Origin: Pocillopora damicornis | Taxonomy: Eukaryota | Reading direction: 5' to 3' | Length of the DNA stretch: 64,000 nucleotides | Assembly: GCF_003704095.1 (NCBI RefSeq) | Contig: NW_020846873.1 | Location: forward strand, 62,001 to 126,000 | Part shown: piece after piece, positions 11,871-26,140 of the stretch | Position numbering within the stretch: position 1 is the first letter of the stretch | Layout of the letters: the number at the start of each line of letters is the position of its first letter | Position numbers and translations under genes: made by a program | Notes under the pieces: model-generated | Databases searched by the model: none | What the model was told of the DNA's origin: nothing | Seen by the model: the letters and a program-made list of their open reading frames with translations, nothing else

Positions 11871-14800
11871 TTATTGAGCAGAAGATAAAAGTGAAGGCTG
11901 CACTTGAATGCTATTTATTCTCAGAACTGTTAGATCTTGAAAGTGTTCTAGGAAATAAGAGAACAAAATGATATCACTGATGGCTTGAATACCCAGAGAT
12001 TACATTAAACCGTGGTATAACCCCCCAACCCTCCCCTCCAGAAAAAAAAATGCTCGTGAGCCACAAGCGAACATGTTACTAATGTTCTCATTACATTTAA
12101 GACATCTTTTGTGTTTTCTAATTGAACTGAACACCGGCATAAAGGAACAGAATATAAAACAGACACAAAACAAGGATGAACAATGGTGTCATCCATACGT
12201 CTGTCTTCTCAACTAATACATTGTAAACATACTTGCAGAAAAAAAAAACTGATACGCAGGTAAATTCAGCACATATAAAATTGTCACAGAGTATGTGAAA
12301 TTTACCTTTCCATCTCCTATAACCCTTTCTCCGTTTCATTTTAAACACTATCTTCTTAGGGCCCTTTGTTTTTTCCAAGACTGTCGCTTCAATCTTCACA
12401 AGGTCTCGTCTATGGAAGAAACGTAAGAGCTACTGTTACCAGGCTGGGTGAGAAAAGCCATCTATTAGCTTCGCAGCTCGATAAATACTAGTCACTTCAG
12501 AAGTAATATTCATACACATTCAACAGTATGGGTGGGCGGGGAGACTTTCGAGAAACTACCCGGCTTATAACGCTATTCACCTCCACTTCAGTGAGTAGTT
12601 GTTAAATAACCAAATAACAGAGACTGAAAGTGCATAAGCAGTTGACCGCTTAAGTTCGTTTTGTTCTTGATTTAAAAGGTGTGTGGAAAAAAAACTTTTG
12701 TGAAACTTTTGTGAAATTTTTGTGAAACTTTTGTGAAACTTTTGTGAGATTCTATCAGTCTTGAACAACCCATAAACAGTGAATAGTAAAAATTATAACT
12801 AGCTAAAAGTGATTATCTTCTGAAAGAAAGTAACAAGAGTCGTTATTTTCAGAACTTTATGTCGTTGCAGTACCTGTTTGCGTTAAAGGTAAGAACGAAG
12901 TACTTACGCAAGCAATGGGGTTCCTATTACAGTAAAATTTTCTCCGCCCACTAACAAAACCTGAAATATTAGAAAACTTAAATACTGTATATGAGGATCA
13001 AGTTCAGACCATTGGCTCAAATTTAATTAATTCTCAACCTAATCCACTTCCTCATGTTTATAATTAGATTGTTACTAGATGACTCTGAAAATCTTCATTC
13101 TATCTTCAAAAATCTTTAATCTGACAAGTTACCCCCGCAATTGACTGGCATTCTGTCTAATCACTGTATGTGACTAAACCTGGGATTCCAGCTGGCACAT
13201 CAGTCCGGCTGACTGGCTGGTAACTTAACTTCACCTTTGAACACTTTTATCACAAGGAAGTCAGAGGAGAGAAGAAACATGAAAGTCCATTGTGAAGACC
13301 TGCCACTGTTCCCTGTCCATTTAATCTCCACTGCTTCTAGTGGTTTACACCTCTTTGTGACTTAAATGTTGAACTTTTCTAAGGGCATGCTCCTACAGCA
13401 GAATCCATAAACAATTCAATATCCCCCAAAAAGGTGCAGTCAGTCAAGTAAAGAAGTGGTTTCTGGCAAAGTCAAGCCCCTGGAGGGTAGGATGGTGACA
13501 AGATGGCAAGGCAATGTTGTTTAGATTGAAGATCATCCCCTCCATCCCCAGTTTTTGTCTAATCCTCTACCTCCCTGTCTGTGAACAGAACTCTTAGGCC
13601 TTCGTGAAGCAAGTGTCTATGAGGAATAGACACTTGTTGCAAAATGTGAAAAAAATGTCCTTTACTTTTTTTAGTTCCCCTCTTTTGTTCTGATGTCCCA
13701 GACTTGCCAGCCACTATGCTCAGGTCATCCATTTCATCTACCCCCCTCCCCCCAACATAACATCAAATCAAACTTGCCTTTTCAATACGTATTCTATCTC
13801 CAGTTTCTGCATCAATTCTGTTGATAATTATAGTGTCATTCACAGTGATCTTAAATTGGCTCCCCCCTGATAAGAGAGAAGGCACATCACAGTAAATACA
13901 AAGAAACTGTTAACCCTTTAATTCCCAAGATCTCATTAGTAATTCTCCTTGCTGTCTGCCAAATGTTTCTCATTATGTTAGTTTGGAGAATTTAGTTTCA
14001 GATATATTAGTAATCCCATAATTGAGAATTTCTTCATTCTCATCACTTGTCTGCATGATATTGTATAGATAAAGTAAGGAAAAATTCTGTCTTGGTCTCT
14101 CATGGGAGTTGCAGGGTTAAGATGATCAATCTCCAGAAGTAAACACAAAAGATGATTACTCATCTTGACAAAGCAAACAAAATCTTAAGTTGTTCCCATA
14201 GTGAGCTCAAAATGTACCATATTCCTCAATCTGTTTGTTCTCTAGAAGAGTTACACAAATGTTCATGCATTACATGTAGCACTAAATACTACATGGCCAA
14301 TTCTACATACTGACCTAAATGAACCACAGCAAATATCTGACCACTTGATTCACCCTTTAACATTTCATCTTGCACATTTTTCATGACATCTACAATTAAA
14401 ATTATAATATTTATATGAGCAAGAAGCCTCAATTTAAGTCTTCTTTTGGGCAAATGATATGAATAGGTGCATTACAACAATACAGACTGCTTCAAAAAAT
14501 GAACCATACTGCTCCACAGCACCTCCAGCTTTCTAATAAAGAATACAAGCTTGGGAAAAGAATGAAAATTGACATTAAAATAGGCTATTACATCACTGCA
14601 AGCTGTGACCATTTCAGTTGCCATATTGGGTTGGGAAGAATTTTAGCAACTAGATTGGCAATTTAAGTTCCAATTGAACAACCTCTGTTCACTATTCATG
14701 AAACAGTTAGTTGTTAAGTTTTAATCACACAGTATTCATGGTCTTGTGCATACAGTAAGTGAGGATATCCATTTCACATGATATGACCCAGTTTTGTACG

Positions 14801-17800
14801 TTTATTTATTTGTCTTTTCATTCACCTGTATATTTATTTTTAATTTTTTCTGGAATGCATTTCACAATTTTAGTTTGCTAAATGGCATCACTCAAGGAGG
14901 TTGAGTTGGAGCCCAGAATTAATGAAAAGTTCTGTCACTACTCAATATAGGTTCAATAAGACTTGTACCTGATGAATACGGTGGACAATTTTGTTCATCC
15001 TCATCTTCTCCACTAGCTTCTGTCAGAGAACTTGATCCTGTACTAAGACTACGGATATCAACATTTCCAAGCAGACTAACAGGGTTTGTTGCTGAAAACT
15101 GAGATACTGCTGCAGCAGATTTTGTAAACATTGTGAGGCTGTTGGGATGAATACGATAACAGACTGAGAATGAACATGGGACAAAGAATAACACAAGTGT
15201 GGGACATGATCTGATTTGTTAGTGAAAATTTGGTCTCTACAACAGTTCGCAGATGATGACACTGTCCGAAAAAATCCTATCCCTCCAGGTAAGATTGCAA
15301 AGGCCATTGTTATGAAAATTGTTTCCTTTCTTTCCACTCTACCAAGAGAGAAATAATTGCACAAAACTCTGATCAGATCATTCCCATTGACTAAAACTTG
15401 CACTTTGCTGGGAGCACTGTCCCCATAGAAACTGTGCTTCATATGGTTGGGGGTTTCTTCGGAAGTCAGACTCATTTTAAGATTTTACAAGGTACACATG
15501 ACCTACAATTTAACATCCTAAGGAAAGTACACAGGTGATGAAATACAGACTATGAGCCTGTTAATGCATTGAAAACAAATAGTTATTGCATTGGGATTTT
15601 ATAAGACCATAGGGATTTCAGAAACAGTTTTAACAAGCTATATTTTTCACTCCCGAGTCACAAAATTCAAAATGAACTCAGAAATAAATCAGTCACCAAG
15701 AAAAGAAAAAAATTTAGTACCTATTTTTGACAAGGTTATTACTTGCAAGCACATTGCTATTGGCACCTTGATACTTGTGGTTTTTCACAGCAACACATAA
15801 CCCTGGAAATACAAATATATATCAGAACATTAGAATTTACATTGTTGATTTACCAGAGGAAGCACTCTTGATAATTCATATGCTGAAGAAATGAAATGGG
15901 CATATCAAAATTCAACATCTAGCACCTGACAAGTGGCAGTTATTGAGGAATATTTTACCCACAATTTGTGGACAGTCCCATACTTTGTTGTGCTCCCAGT
16001 TCTTGGACAAAGAAAACAAAGGACAAAAAACATTATATTGCCTTTGGCACTACAGCTTTGTTTTAGATTGGATGGGGCTAAGGAAAGATCTTTCCGTATT
16101 TTGCCGCATAAAAGTTAGAGACTGTGAGAGTGAGTCTTACAACTCGAAAATCAAGTGAAACTTAAGGTGGTACTGCATGCTAATTTGATGAATTTTTGAC
16201 AATCTTGGGAATAAAATATCTCATAACAGATTTGTTGCAATGACTTGAATGATTATATGCATAATATGTAACTAAAATTATATTGCCAGGTGTCAAGGAA
16301 CTTGTGGAATTTCAAGGAATTAAGAAGTGTGTTGAAAAGGCCATTTTGGATAATTACTTCTCTAATCTGAGACAATTAAATGTTACCCAAGATGGTTTGG
16401 CACATGCTTGAAGATAATGGGAATAGAGATTTTGAGCACATTCCATCAAATTATATTACATTTTGACAATTTTGTCCTCAATGAAATGAACAAAAATTAA
16501 GGTTGTGATCCAATATCTTCTCATTTGGCCAATTTGTGGCAGACTGTAGCAGCCTGCACTGTGAATTTTTGTCATTGCAGGTAGCTTTGGTTTGCCAAGT
16601 TTTCTATCAAAATAAAAAATTTTCCCTGAGATAATGTCATTGCAGCAGCATGACACGTTGTAGCTGCACTAATTACTTTGGGAAAAGCAGCAATATCTTT
16701 GACAGAATTTGTCAGAGAACCCATGTTTACTTTCCTTCCTTTTGAAAGCCATCTTGAATAATCCAGTGATATTTTGCTGCAGCAGTAAAATACAAAATAG
16801 TGCAATATAGATGGTCATAATTGCTATATTCGTCTGTTGTTTTTCCCAAAAAACCAATCAGAATATGAGACTAAACACATTCACACCATCTGTAGCAATG
16901 ACACCTTTCCTGAGGTGTTAAGACAATCTTGGACATTAGTGGGAGATGAAAAAGCAACATGAAAGTAGAGTTTTCAGTAAATGTTCTACACCTTCTCTTA
17001 CTTACTCACTTGGTTAGGAAGTGAAAAGAAGGAAAGTGCATCATCAGGAACCACAAAATTAAGACGTGAAAGTCAAAGATTTCAATTGATCAAACATGGT
17101 GTGACAAAATATAGCATCTTATTATTTGCTTGCTTATGGTTGCCATCAGGATCATATCTCTATTTTCCAGGAGATTCGTCCTCTGAAACAAAACTTCTAT
17201 CACACATATTTCAAAATGTTTTCCAATTGTTAAACTACAATCTTTCATATGTGAGAAAATAAAGAATTCCAAAAAGGTCAAGATAGCCTCAGGTACCACC
17301 TCAAGTTGATAAAGATTTCTACGATTACATAACTAGGCTATATATTAACTCTGCACACAGAAACAATATCCAACTTTTTTACCTTTTTCATATATAAATG
17401 CCATTACTCACGTTGCTGAACCATCAAATTCAAAACCCACGTCGAAGATCTTTACTGTTAGAGCCCACAGTAAATACACTCTAGTTTTTTTTATCCAATA
17501 GACTTGCAAAAAATTAGTGTAATTGTAGAAACACGCCGCTTCCTTCGCGTGTTCGCGTTGTTTGAAGAACAAAGCATAAAACCGCCTTGGCAACTTTAGA
17601 AAAGCTGACTTTTCGAGCGTTAACCCTTTGATATATACGAATCATCAGCCTTGAAAAATTTTCCAAGGAGTTCATGTTACCCTTAAAAACTTAATGACGC
17701 ATCGCAAGCTAAAATTGATAACTATATTCCAGGAGCAATTCTATAACAACCCATTCAGGTTCGTATGTTGCGAAAGTTGGAGATATTCACTCGTCGGTAA

Positions 17801-17949
17801 GCCTTATATACACCGTAATAATAATTTTTGAAAAAACACAGAAATGAAACCAGTTGTGTAATCTCACCAGCTACTGAAGTTTTCCTCAGGTTTCGAGTCA
17901 AAGATGATCGTAATAAATTTGCACATCTGACAACGTTTTTGGCCGCCAT
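11871..17949 (-). CDS. MRPL21: Mitochondrial large ribosomal subunit protein bL21m, 7 coding exons
   Basis: Exons approx. 17949-17868, 15163-14969, 14389-14315, 13866-13778, 12960-12908, 12409-12306, 11947-11871. A basic presequence [23 protein letters not shown] precedes the L21 core [83 protein letters not shown]. Confidence 0.92.
12692..12747. repeat. 11-bp minisatellite (AACTTTTGTGA) x5
   Basis: Directly visible tandem array in a MRPL21 intron. Confidence 0.9.
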
Positions 17950-18717
17950 CTTGAGTCTCACAACATCCGCTGGTCAAGAAAGTGCAGTCTCCCTTCAAAA
18001 CTGTGCCCCAGTTTACCCCAATCAAACCCAGTCACATCAACGTTAGGGTAGCTTCATGTTTACCTATTTTCAGGTTTAATTGAAGGAAGCATGAAAAAAG
18101 TGCTGAGAGTTGCGACAATCATGATCACACGAACAGACTTTGAAGGACTCTTATGATCAAAATAAGAATGAACAAATAATTTAATCTATAGCAAAGAGGA
18201 ATTAGAAGAAAAAGGTAGTTTGTTTCAGAAAAATAGGAAAAAAAAAGGATTGAGAACACGATCTTAGGAAAATCGAACCCGGCTTGTAAAAGTGCTCTAT
18301 GCGGACAGTTAATTAATCATTTACGAAACTCATACAAAATAAATCACGAGTGATAGTCTGCGAATACAGCCATCTTTTATCGTGCGTCAAGATCGAGTCA
18401 TGGGGTGCATTTATAGACAGGCTACCACAGAAAGAGTCATTTTCCCGCTAGTGATTACGCTTCATAATTTACTTTTCTCAAAGCCGCTTTGGTAGAAGGA
18501 GTCGTCGTTGCGTGACATTTCTCATCACTGGATTCTGTGAGCACGTGTGCTCTGGGAATAGCGCATTGCGTAAACAGTAATACGATACACATTTATTTGA
18601 CACGTTTAAGACCTTCGCGACGCAAGCGAAGTTCCTCTTAAATCATCGTATTTGGTCTAACGGGATCAGAAGCGCTCTCTTTAAGTTCGATTGTCTCACT
18701 ACGAAGGCGCTGATTTT

Positions 18718-21700
18718 ATGGAGAACATGCAGTGGATCTTTCAGATCATCATCGTGTCCGGTTTTGTGATATTTTGTGGGGGAGAATTTATTCCTTTTAA
18801 ACATTTGGGACTTCATCATACTGATCCGGATGTCTTGAGAAATGTGGTGAGTTAACTCAATCTTTTCCTGCGTGTGAAGGAGCAAACAAAAAATTGCCTG
18901 AGGTGCCACGCGACATCGATTGCGCGTTGCCTCCGATAAGGAAATAGAGGCAAAAAATCTAGCCGCAATCGTACTTGTAATGGTTAGTGATCTAGATGGA
19001 CATCAACGACGTCAACATGCTTCAACATATCAAGAGCAATTACAAATGTTATTGCACCCGACCTTTAAATTTTTAAACGGTCTTTATTGATTTGTACGTT
19101 CTTTACTTAACATGGCTCGACAAATGTAATTAGATCGTTTGTTTTTACGCGTTACTTGGGATAGTACAAGTATGGTACCTATAGACGATCGATAATATTA
19201 GCAAAACACGTTCATTATAGTACGTGTATTGAGTAATCCGTCACATGCTAGCGATATGAAATACGCACGTGACAACCTACTGAAGGACCACCTACGGGGA
19301 AGTGAACACGAGTTATGAGTGCAGACTGCCACTAAGGGCCTGGTTACATAGAGGTGGGGGACGTCAGGTAAGTGAGGTAACCCGACTAGGTGAGGTAACC
19401 CGCCTGTCCATATGATCTCTTATTTTATTTTGATCACGTTTACATGATAGGTGGGGTTACCCGCTAAAGTTGGGTTGCCCGGTCTGCTGGGTGGGGTTAC
19501 CCAGTCAGCTGGGGTGACAATTTGCCATGTAAACGTCTCAAGGTGGGGTAGCCTACTTAGCCGGAGTTGCGTTCATGTTACCAAAGAATCAAATGAGCCA
19601 AACACGAGTGTTTCAAAACTTACTTTAAAGTTTATTTTTGTTTGTTTTTAAAACAAACAGAACTAAAACTGTAAAACACCAATTTTAACCTCGACATCAA
19701 TTCATGATTACTCACGTTTTTACCTTGAACCCAACACTACATTAACATGTTATGCCGAAGTGAGGACGTCGTACCGTTAGAAACAGTGAACGCTTCGAGC
19801 TATTGCCGAAAATCTTAGAGGAAAATAAGTTGCGTTTATTCGGCAACGTTTTACCACACGTCGCCGTAGTGACATTTAACTCCTGCGAGCGCGACAACAA
19901 CCCCGAGAATCTTCACCTCGGCATTCCGGGGTTGTAAGATTGTAAGTAAATGCAGGCTATTCTTTCACCATGGGTAGGCGTGTTACCTTACCTACCTGGG
20001 GTCCCCCACCTCCATGTAAATAAGCCCTTAGTATAGAATGATGTTTTGAACTATGATCGAATGAATCCACTTAAGAAATGCTATTTTCATCAGTATTTTA
20101 ATTAAGAAAAAAAAAAAAAAGGAAGACTCAAATACGCACAGCAATGGTTAAATTATAAGATTAGAGGTGAATAAAACCTACTTTTCCAGAAATTGTGCGG
20201 TTCATAAGACTTACAATGATGCTCAGTGTTCATCTTGTGATGTGTATGATTTGAAACCGATACCTGACTTTCCGTGACTGCGAGAAAAAACAACTGATTT
20301 ACGTTGTTTAGATAAAGAAGTGGCAAGCAAAGTTGCTCTGTACGAAGTACAAAGAGCTCTTAGAGCACACAAGCCTGACGTGCGTGTCCATGCCACACGC
20401 AGGTTGTATATCAAAGTTAAACGATTTTACTTCAGAAAGTAAATGAAATTCAGACAAACCATAGTTTTCACTGAATTTTGTCTCTTTCTGAGATAGCATT
20501 CTTCCTTTGTGTGTCAAAACACTGTATTTTGTATGTATGCTCCTGCTGTCAGTTTGTTTTTTCGGATTTTTAACACCACTTAAAACAACAATCGACCTTC
20601 GACCGGCTAAGATCACGCTTGCTGGCATAAAAACTACCAAGGCAGAACAAAAATTCAAGTGTATATATCTACGTAAGATAAAACTAAGTCGAACGTCGTC
20701 CACGAGGAAGGATTGATATTATATACTAAGTTGAATTTTTTCCCTCTAGACTCAAATAATTGCCAGCAGAGGATACCCCGTCGAAGAGCATCACGTGACG
20801 ACAGAAGATGGCTTTATTCTTGCCTTGCAAAGGATTCCTCGCGGAAGGAACGAAAAGGAAAGCTCTTCTCGCAAAGAGGTAGTATTCTTACAGCATGGCC
20901 TTCTTGCAGACGCGACGAACTGGATCATAGATACTCCAACCAGAAGCTTAGGCTACATGCTCGCGGACAGCGGCTACGACGTGTGGCTTGGAAACATCCG
21001 AGGAAATGATTATTCAAGGCGTCACGTGAAGTACTCTCCACATCAATCAAAATTCTGGAATTGGAGGTGAGTTTGTGATCCTGTTTTGAAGATAGGTTTC
21101 AAAAATACCCACTTGAATTCCTGTTGGTGTCTTAGCGCGAGCGCATTAGTTAGTTGAATAACCATTTTCGCGGGCGGGGTGATAGCTTTTTCGGCTAAAG
21201 GTTAAAATTTTGGCCGATTTACAGCTTACAGTTGATATCTTTTCATTGCTGTCACTAGAAATTTTTATTACGGTTAACCTTTTTTACGACTAACAGTTAA
21301 AATTTGTCAATTTTTACGCCCAGCAGCCAAATTTTTTTGACCGTTTGACGGCTAACGGTTAGCCCCATTGGAACCCTCAATATGTACTCTCTTAGTAAGG
21401 TGGGTATTTCTTCAAAGAACTTAAAACCGTGACTTGTAAAGCATTTTCAGTGTTTCAAATTACTTTTGATATATTCGCCGACATTAAGTGAATTCACTGA
21501 GATCTGACAGTTATGATACCCTTTGTTTAAAAACCTACTGAAAATGAAAGTTTATTTGATTTCCTCGTGAGCGAAAACCTTGTTAGTCATTTTATGGTGA
21601 TCTGATACTCTGTGCGCTGTTTTAACTTATTGGCAAGAGAATATCAGCAGTTGATATTCTCTAACTCATTGGTCATTTTGCGTTGTTACTTGTGTTGACT

Positions 21701-24617
21701 ACATACATTGCGCCCGACCTTGTTCCTAGTTCCTTGTTCCTTCTCACCCACCAGCGCGAAAGGATCTCAGTAAGGATGGCAAAAAGAGTGACCTTGGGTA
21801 CGAGTTCGGTTTGCACGCTGCATGTGCATGCATGAAAGCTTCGTGCAGTAGGTGTGTCATAGGTTGTCAATCGTTTTTGGGATAAACCCTCTTTAGATCG
21901 GCGCGCGTTAGTAAGGAAAATCGTTGCGAGACAACTAGAAGTAGGAAGGAGTTGGAAAAGGGAACCCTCTTCGACTAAATATTGTACGAGTTTTTACCAG
22001 TGCCTTTCTTGACCCTCTAAGTCACTGTTAATGTCTTGAAAATTCTTTACTTTTCATGCCTATTACCTCCTTTGGGTGTGTTTCACTCCGGATTTTTAAT
22101 TTCGCAGTTGGCAAGAAATGGCTAAGTACGATCTTCCCGCCATGATCAATTATGTACTGAAAGTCACGGGTGAAGAGCAGCTGTATTATGTCGGCCATTC
22201 GCAAGGGACACTGATTGGTTTTACAGGATTCTCTGAAAATCCAGCTCTGGGAGAAAAAATCAAGATATTCTTCGCTTTAGCACCTGTCTATACTTTGAAT
22301 CATTGTACAGACATTGCAAAAGGCGCAGCAAAGCTCATATATCCACTTGTCAAGGTAAGGAGAAAACCCTAAGATTTATCATATTTGACGAAGAGGACAG
22401 GAGATATCTATTACACATATTAAGTATGCACCTCGCACTGCGCGAAACAAATTTGGGTAAGGGTTCCGAAAACCGGACCCCAAGCTCCCATCAGAATGAT
22501 CTTCACGGTGGAAGCTCGGAGGTAAAAGTTTCTTTTTCATAATGGCAAGGATTCTGGGATCAATGTCAGCATCTGAGAAACTGCGAATCTACCCTCCCCC
22601 CCCCCCCCCCCCCCCCCTCCCTCCCCTAGACCAACATTAACGCTGACTTGTTACCAGTTGACTGTTTCAGGTTGGGGGGAAGGGTAGGTGCGCAGTTTCT
22701 CAGATGCTGGAGATGATGGCGTATCGTCTCTCTGTTATTCGGCACGACGAAATTTACTGCTCTAGGATCCCAAATCTCATTTTGGAAAAAAGAAGTGAGT
22801 TAGACAGATTTGTTTTTCCTCTTCTCTTTAGAAATTGTTTCCTGGTATGACCTTTGATCTTCTTCCCGGAAACTTCTTGAGAGCTCTGGTCAATCTGGGT
22901 TTCTGCGCAAATCCTATCTCTGAGCGAGTTTGCTATGATTTCATGGAGTTGACGATTGGTATGGATAGCGAAAATATCAATAAGGTAAGATGTTGACAGC
23001 AAAAGACAATTTAAGAAACCGTTTGTTATTTATCGCCTGAGGGGGGGTTAAGGATTTTTGGTGTGTCACGATATTAAATTTACATGACACCCCCCCCCCC
23101 CCCCCAAAGGCTCTAGAATATTATTATGATATTCCCCTCGTTGGCAGTCGATTTCTTTTGTTCTCCTTCCTTTATACTCTGTTGCAACGACTGATCCCTT
23201 ACGTTCCTCCTGAAAACCATGTGATTCCCCCCAAAAAAAGTCCACCCCCTCCCACCCCCTCAGGCGATAAATATGACTGGTTCCTGAAGGACAATTTTTT
23301 AATGAGAATCTTTTACTCCATAGTCACAAACTTTGATTTTCACTGACCTGTTTTTCCACGTCTTGACAGTCGAGAGTACCTGTGTACCTGGGTCACTTTG
23401 CAGAGGGGACATCTTTCAAGGACGTTGTACATTTCGCACAGGTGTGTATTCTACAGGCTCTTGGGAAACTGGGGAGATATCAGCAAACCAGTGATCAATA
23501 GGATAGGAAATCACGTGCACGTGTTATACAGATACATTGCTATTGCCGGCAATCGAAGTCGCTGTAGTGGTAGCCAATCAGTAGCAGAAGTGCTGGCAGT
23601 ATCTGTGGTAAAAGTTGTTGAAAAAGAAAAAAATAAGTTATAAAGAAAAGCTCTGCTTTAGCGACTCCGGCCTCTTTTCTAGCTTGTGATGGTGGCTCAG
23701 TTCTCCCTTTCCCCCCCCTCCCCTCGCAGCCTTACACTCTCAGCTTTCGGGTAAACAAAATGACGAGTGTATAATGCGTAATCGGTGGGTTTGCTAAGAG
23801 TGTTTAACATTTTTAATTTTTGACATCAGATGGTGTACGAATTGTCCAAAATTAAATAATTGAATAAAAAAACGGTAATGTAATCTAACAAAGGTCGTAT
23901 GTAACACCTTTTCACTTAGTCTAATGCATTAAATTTGAAACAATATCTCTTTCCTCGATGCTCTCCTCTGCTGCAAACTGGAGCTTTTACTTCTTTACGT
24001 TTGTAGTTGATTGTGAACAAAAAGTGTCAGAAGTTTGATTACGGCGAAGCTGGGAACATGAAACACTACAATCAGGTAACGCATTATACCAGTTTGAGTT
24101 TGTGTTCATGTTATATAAGGTTTCCATCAGTTTTACTGAAACAGAATAACAAAACGAATACAAATAGTTGCATAAGTGACCGTCACTTGAAATTAGTATG
24201 CCTAATCACATGATGCCATGCTGGTGTCGGGAAGTTGTTTTCAGAGCGTTCTGAGAACCTACCTACGTTGATATTTCTGTGGATAAGCAGAATCGTGACA
24301 TTTTCGGCTGGTTCAGAAGAGGGTTGCCAAGGCGTCGGCCCTGGTTTTGTCGTCAGTTTTAATTTTTTCTCTTTTCTCTCCAGGCCACCGCTCCTCTCTA
24401 TAACGTGAAAGACATGACTACCCCAACTGTGCTGTTTGTAGGGGCCCACGATGTTCTCGGTGACCCAGCGGATGCGGCAGCACTTAAGCCGCAAATCTCT
24501 AACTTAATACACTATGAAGTTATTCCCGGCTGGAATCACTTGGACTTTCTATACGGGATAGACGCAGCAAAAATTTTGTATCCCAAGATTTTGTACACTA
24601 TGGAGAAGTTTGAATAG
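18718..24617 (+). CDS. Acid lipase of the LIPA/LIPF (lysosomal acid lipase / gastric lipase) family, 7 coding exons
   Basis: Exons approx. 18718-18846 (ATG could be 18727), 20750-21066, 22108-22354, 22832-22984, 23370-23441, 24007-24075, 24384-24617. It has a signal peptide [19 protein letters not shown] and the motifs [23 protein letters not shown] and [12 protein letters not shown]. The catalytic triad is GHSQG, Asp in HDVLGD and His in WNHLDF. Confidence 0.93.
19333..20030. mobile_element. ~700 bp non-autonomous PIF/Harbinger-like element in lipase intron 1
   Basis: TAA-GGGCCTGGTTACATAGAGGTGGGGG ... CCCCCACCTCCATGTAAATAAGCCC-TTA terminal inverted repeats with TAA/TTA flanks. A second copy lies at 32732-33587. 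Confidence 0.75.
22557..22712. mobile_element. Short MITE with poly-C core
   Basis: Inverted repeats CAGCATCTGAGAAACTGCG..CTACCCT / AGGGTAGGTGCGCAGTTTCTCAGATGCTG. Confidence 0.6.
23011..23288. mobile_element. MITE with ~35 bp inverted termini (possibly Kolobok-like)
   Basis: TTAAGAAACCGTTTGTTATTTATCGCCTGAGGGGG ... CCCCCTCAGGCGATAAATATGACTGGTTCCT. Confidence 0.6.
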
Positions 24618-25778
24618 GGCTCTAAATCTGTGCACCTCGTAACATTAATATCTGGCCCTCGGTTGATCGGAATTTACACTCCAGATTCATTCCAAGTTAT
24701 TCAACGGATATTCAAGCGAAAGATGGTTTAAACATTTTTGTAAAAAGCAATTTACCACTGCATGTCGAACACGGCAATGTGTGCAATCGCTCTCTAGCTA
24801 ATGTTTAATAGTTAATTTAAAAAATGGTTATAAAGTTAAAGGATTGCATTTGGTGTAGGGCATCCATTAGTGCATTGATTAAAGGTCATGGTCTTGACGT
24901 TAAAATGAACTGCACCATTGTTTTGATGACTTCGACGTGATGAGACAATTATGTCCCAAAGAGACAGATTTGTGTGAATACAGGAGCTCCTCGGTTCAGG
25001 TTTCTCTTTCCGCTAAGTTTGCGGAGCATTGCAGGTTACCCCAGGATTTCGTCAGGTTTTCCGGTAGTTCCCTTTTAATCATGTGCTTATTTCGGGAAAG
25101 GAACGATGAGGGTAAGAGTTTTTCCCGTGAACACAACACAAACCCTCATCTCTTATCTTATTGATTGTAAGGAAGACAAGGAACGTGGTTCTGACTCAAA
25201 CTAACCTGACGCGTGTTTATCTGTTTTTTCTTTTCTTTTTATTTGTTATTTATTTGCTCTTTCATTCTATTGAAGAAGTTATATTCATGATTTAATGGCA
25301 TACATAAAACAGCTGTGCTAGTCGTTATAATTCTTGTCGAGTTAATCCAGGTGGATGATCTTATTAAGTTGACAATGTAAAACCCCAGCTTGGGTTAATT
25401 AAATGGTGGAAAACGTTTTAAAATTTGACCTAAAATTTCCACACGATTTTTCTTTTCCATTTATTTGTTCAGCTTGGAATTCTGTCAGAGCATTTTATCT
25501 GGGTTGCACGCTTGACATGAATCTCTTTTGTGCTATTTCCCCTTTGTTCAATTACCGCCCTCATCCCCGCCAACCCTTCTACTGTGGCTAATAGTCCCTC
25601 AATGGGTGCAAGAGTAGAATTACTTGGAGTTGTTGATTTGATACGGGATTTGATTGAAACATTACGTGTCTTGTCCAACAAACCGAAGACGGCTGTTGAC
25701 TTGAACATTCTAAAAATATACCCATCGAACTAGATAGAAAGTTCCTTCAGCTCGATGGAAAAGATAGAAGTTGAGCAA

Positions 25779-25955
25779 TACTAAAGATTGTTATCGTCAA
25801 AGCTCAAATTGGTCATAGCGTCTCATAGATGGTGTAATTTAATTTAATTACCTAGAGGCTTACTTTTACTAAAGATTGTTATCGTCAAAGCTCAAATTGG
25901 TCGTAGCGTCTCATCGATGGTGTAATTCAATTTAATTACCTAGAGGTTTACTTTT
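25779..25955. repeat. 88-bp tandem duplication (2 copies, 4 substitutions)
   Basis: TACTAAAGATTGTTATCGTCAAAGCTCAAATTGGTC... occurs at 25779 and 25867. Confidence 0.9.
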
Positions 25956-26140
25956 TCATGCCTTAACTTGATACTGAATACATCCCATCCCATTATAGAC
26001 TAGTAATTACAGTCAGTTGTATTATAAACGAATCATTAAGTATTATTTACAGACCTTACTGAAACCTAAGCTTGTTACGGACCAGCTTTTATTATTTAAG
26101 TTAGCCTTTCGTTCTGCTGTTCAAATTCAAGCTCTACATT

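Noticed and set aside
12692-12747. Regular repeat arrays as possible CRISPR
   Set aside because: These are spacerless minisatellites in eukaryotic introns, and there are no cas genes.
17412-17502. Possible 91-nt frameshifting cassette exon in MRPL21 intron 1 (GTGAGT donor)
   Set aside because: The acceptor is a weak AAG, the exon is not needed for the protein, and there is no independent support.
18255-18290. B-box-like AATCGAACCCGG and similar strings at 40.8 and 55.4 kb as tRNA genes
   Set aside because: No cloverleaf or acceptor stem; consistent with SINE remnants.
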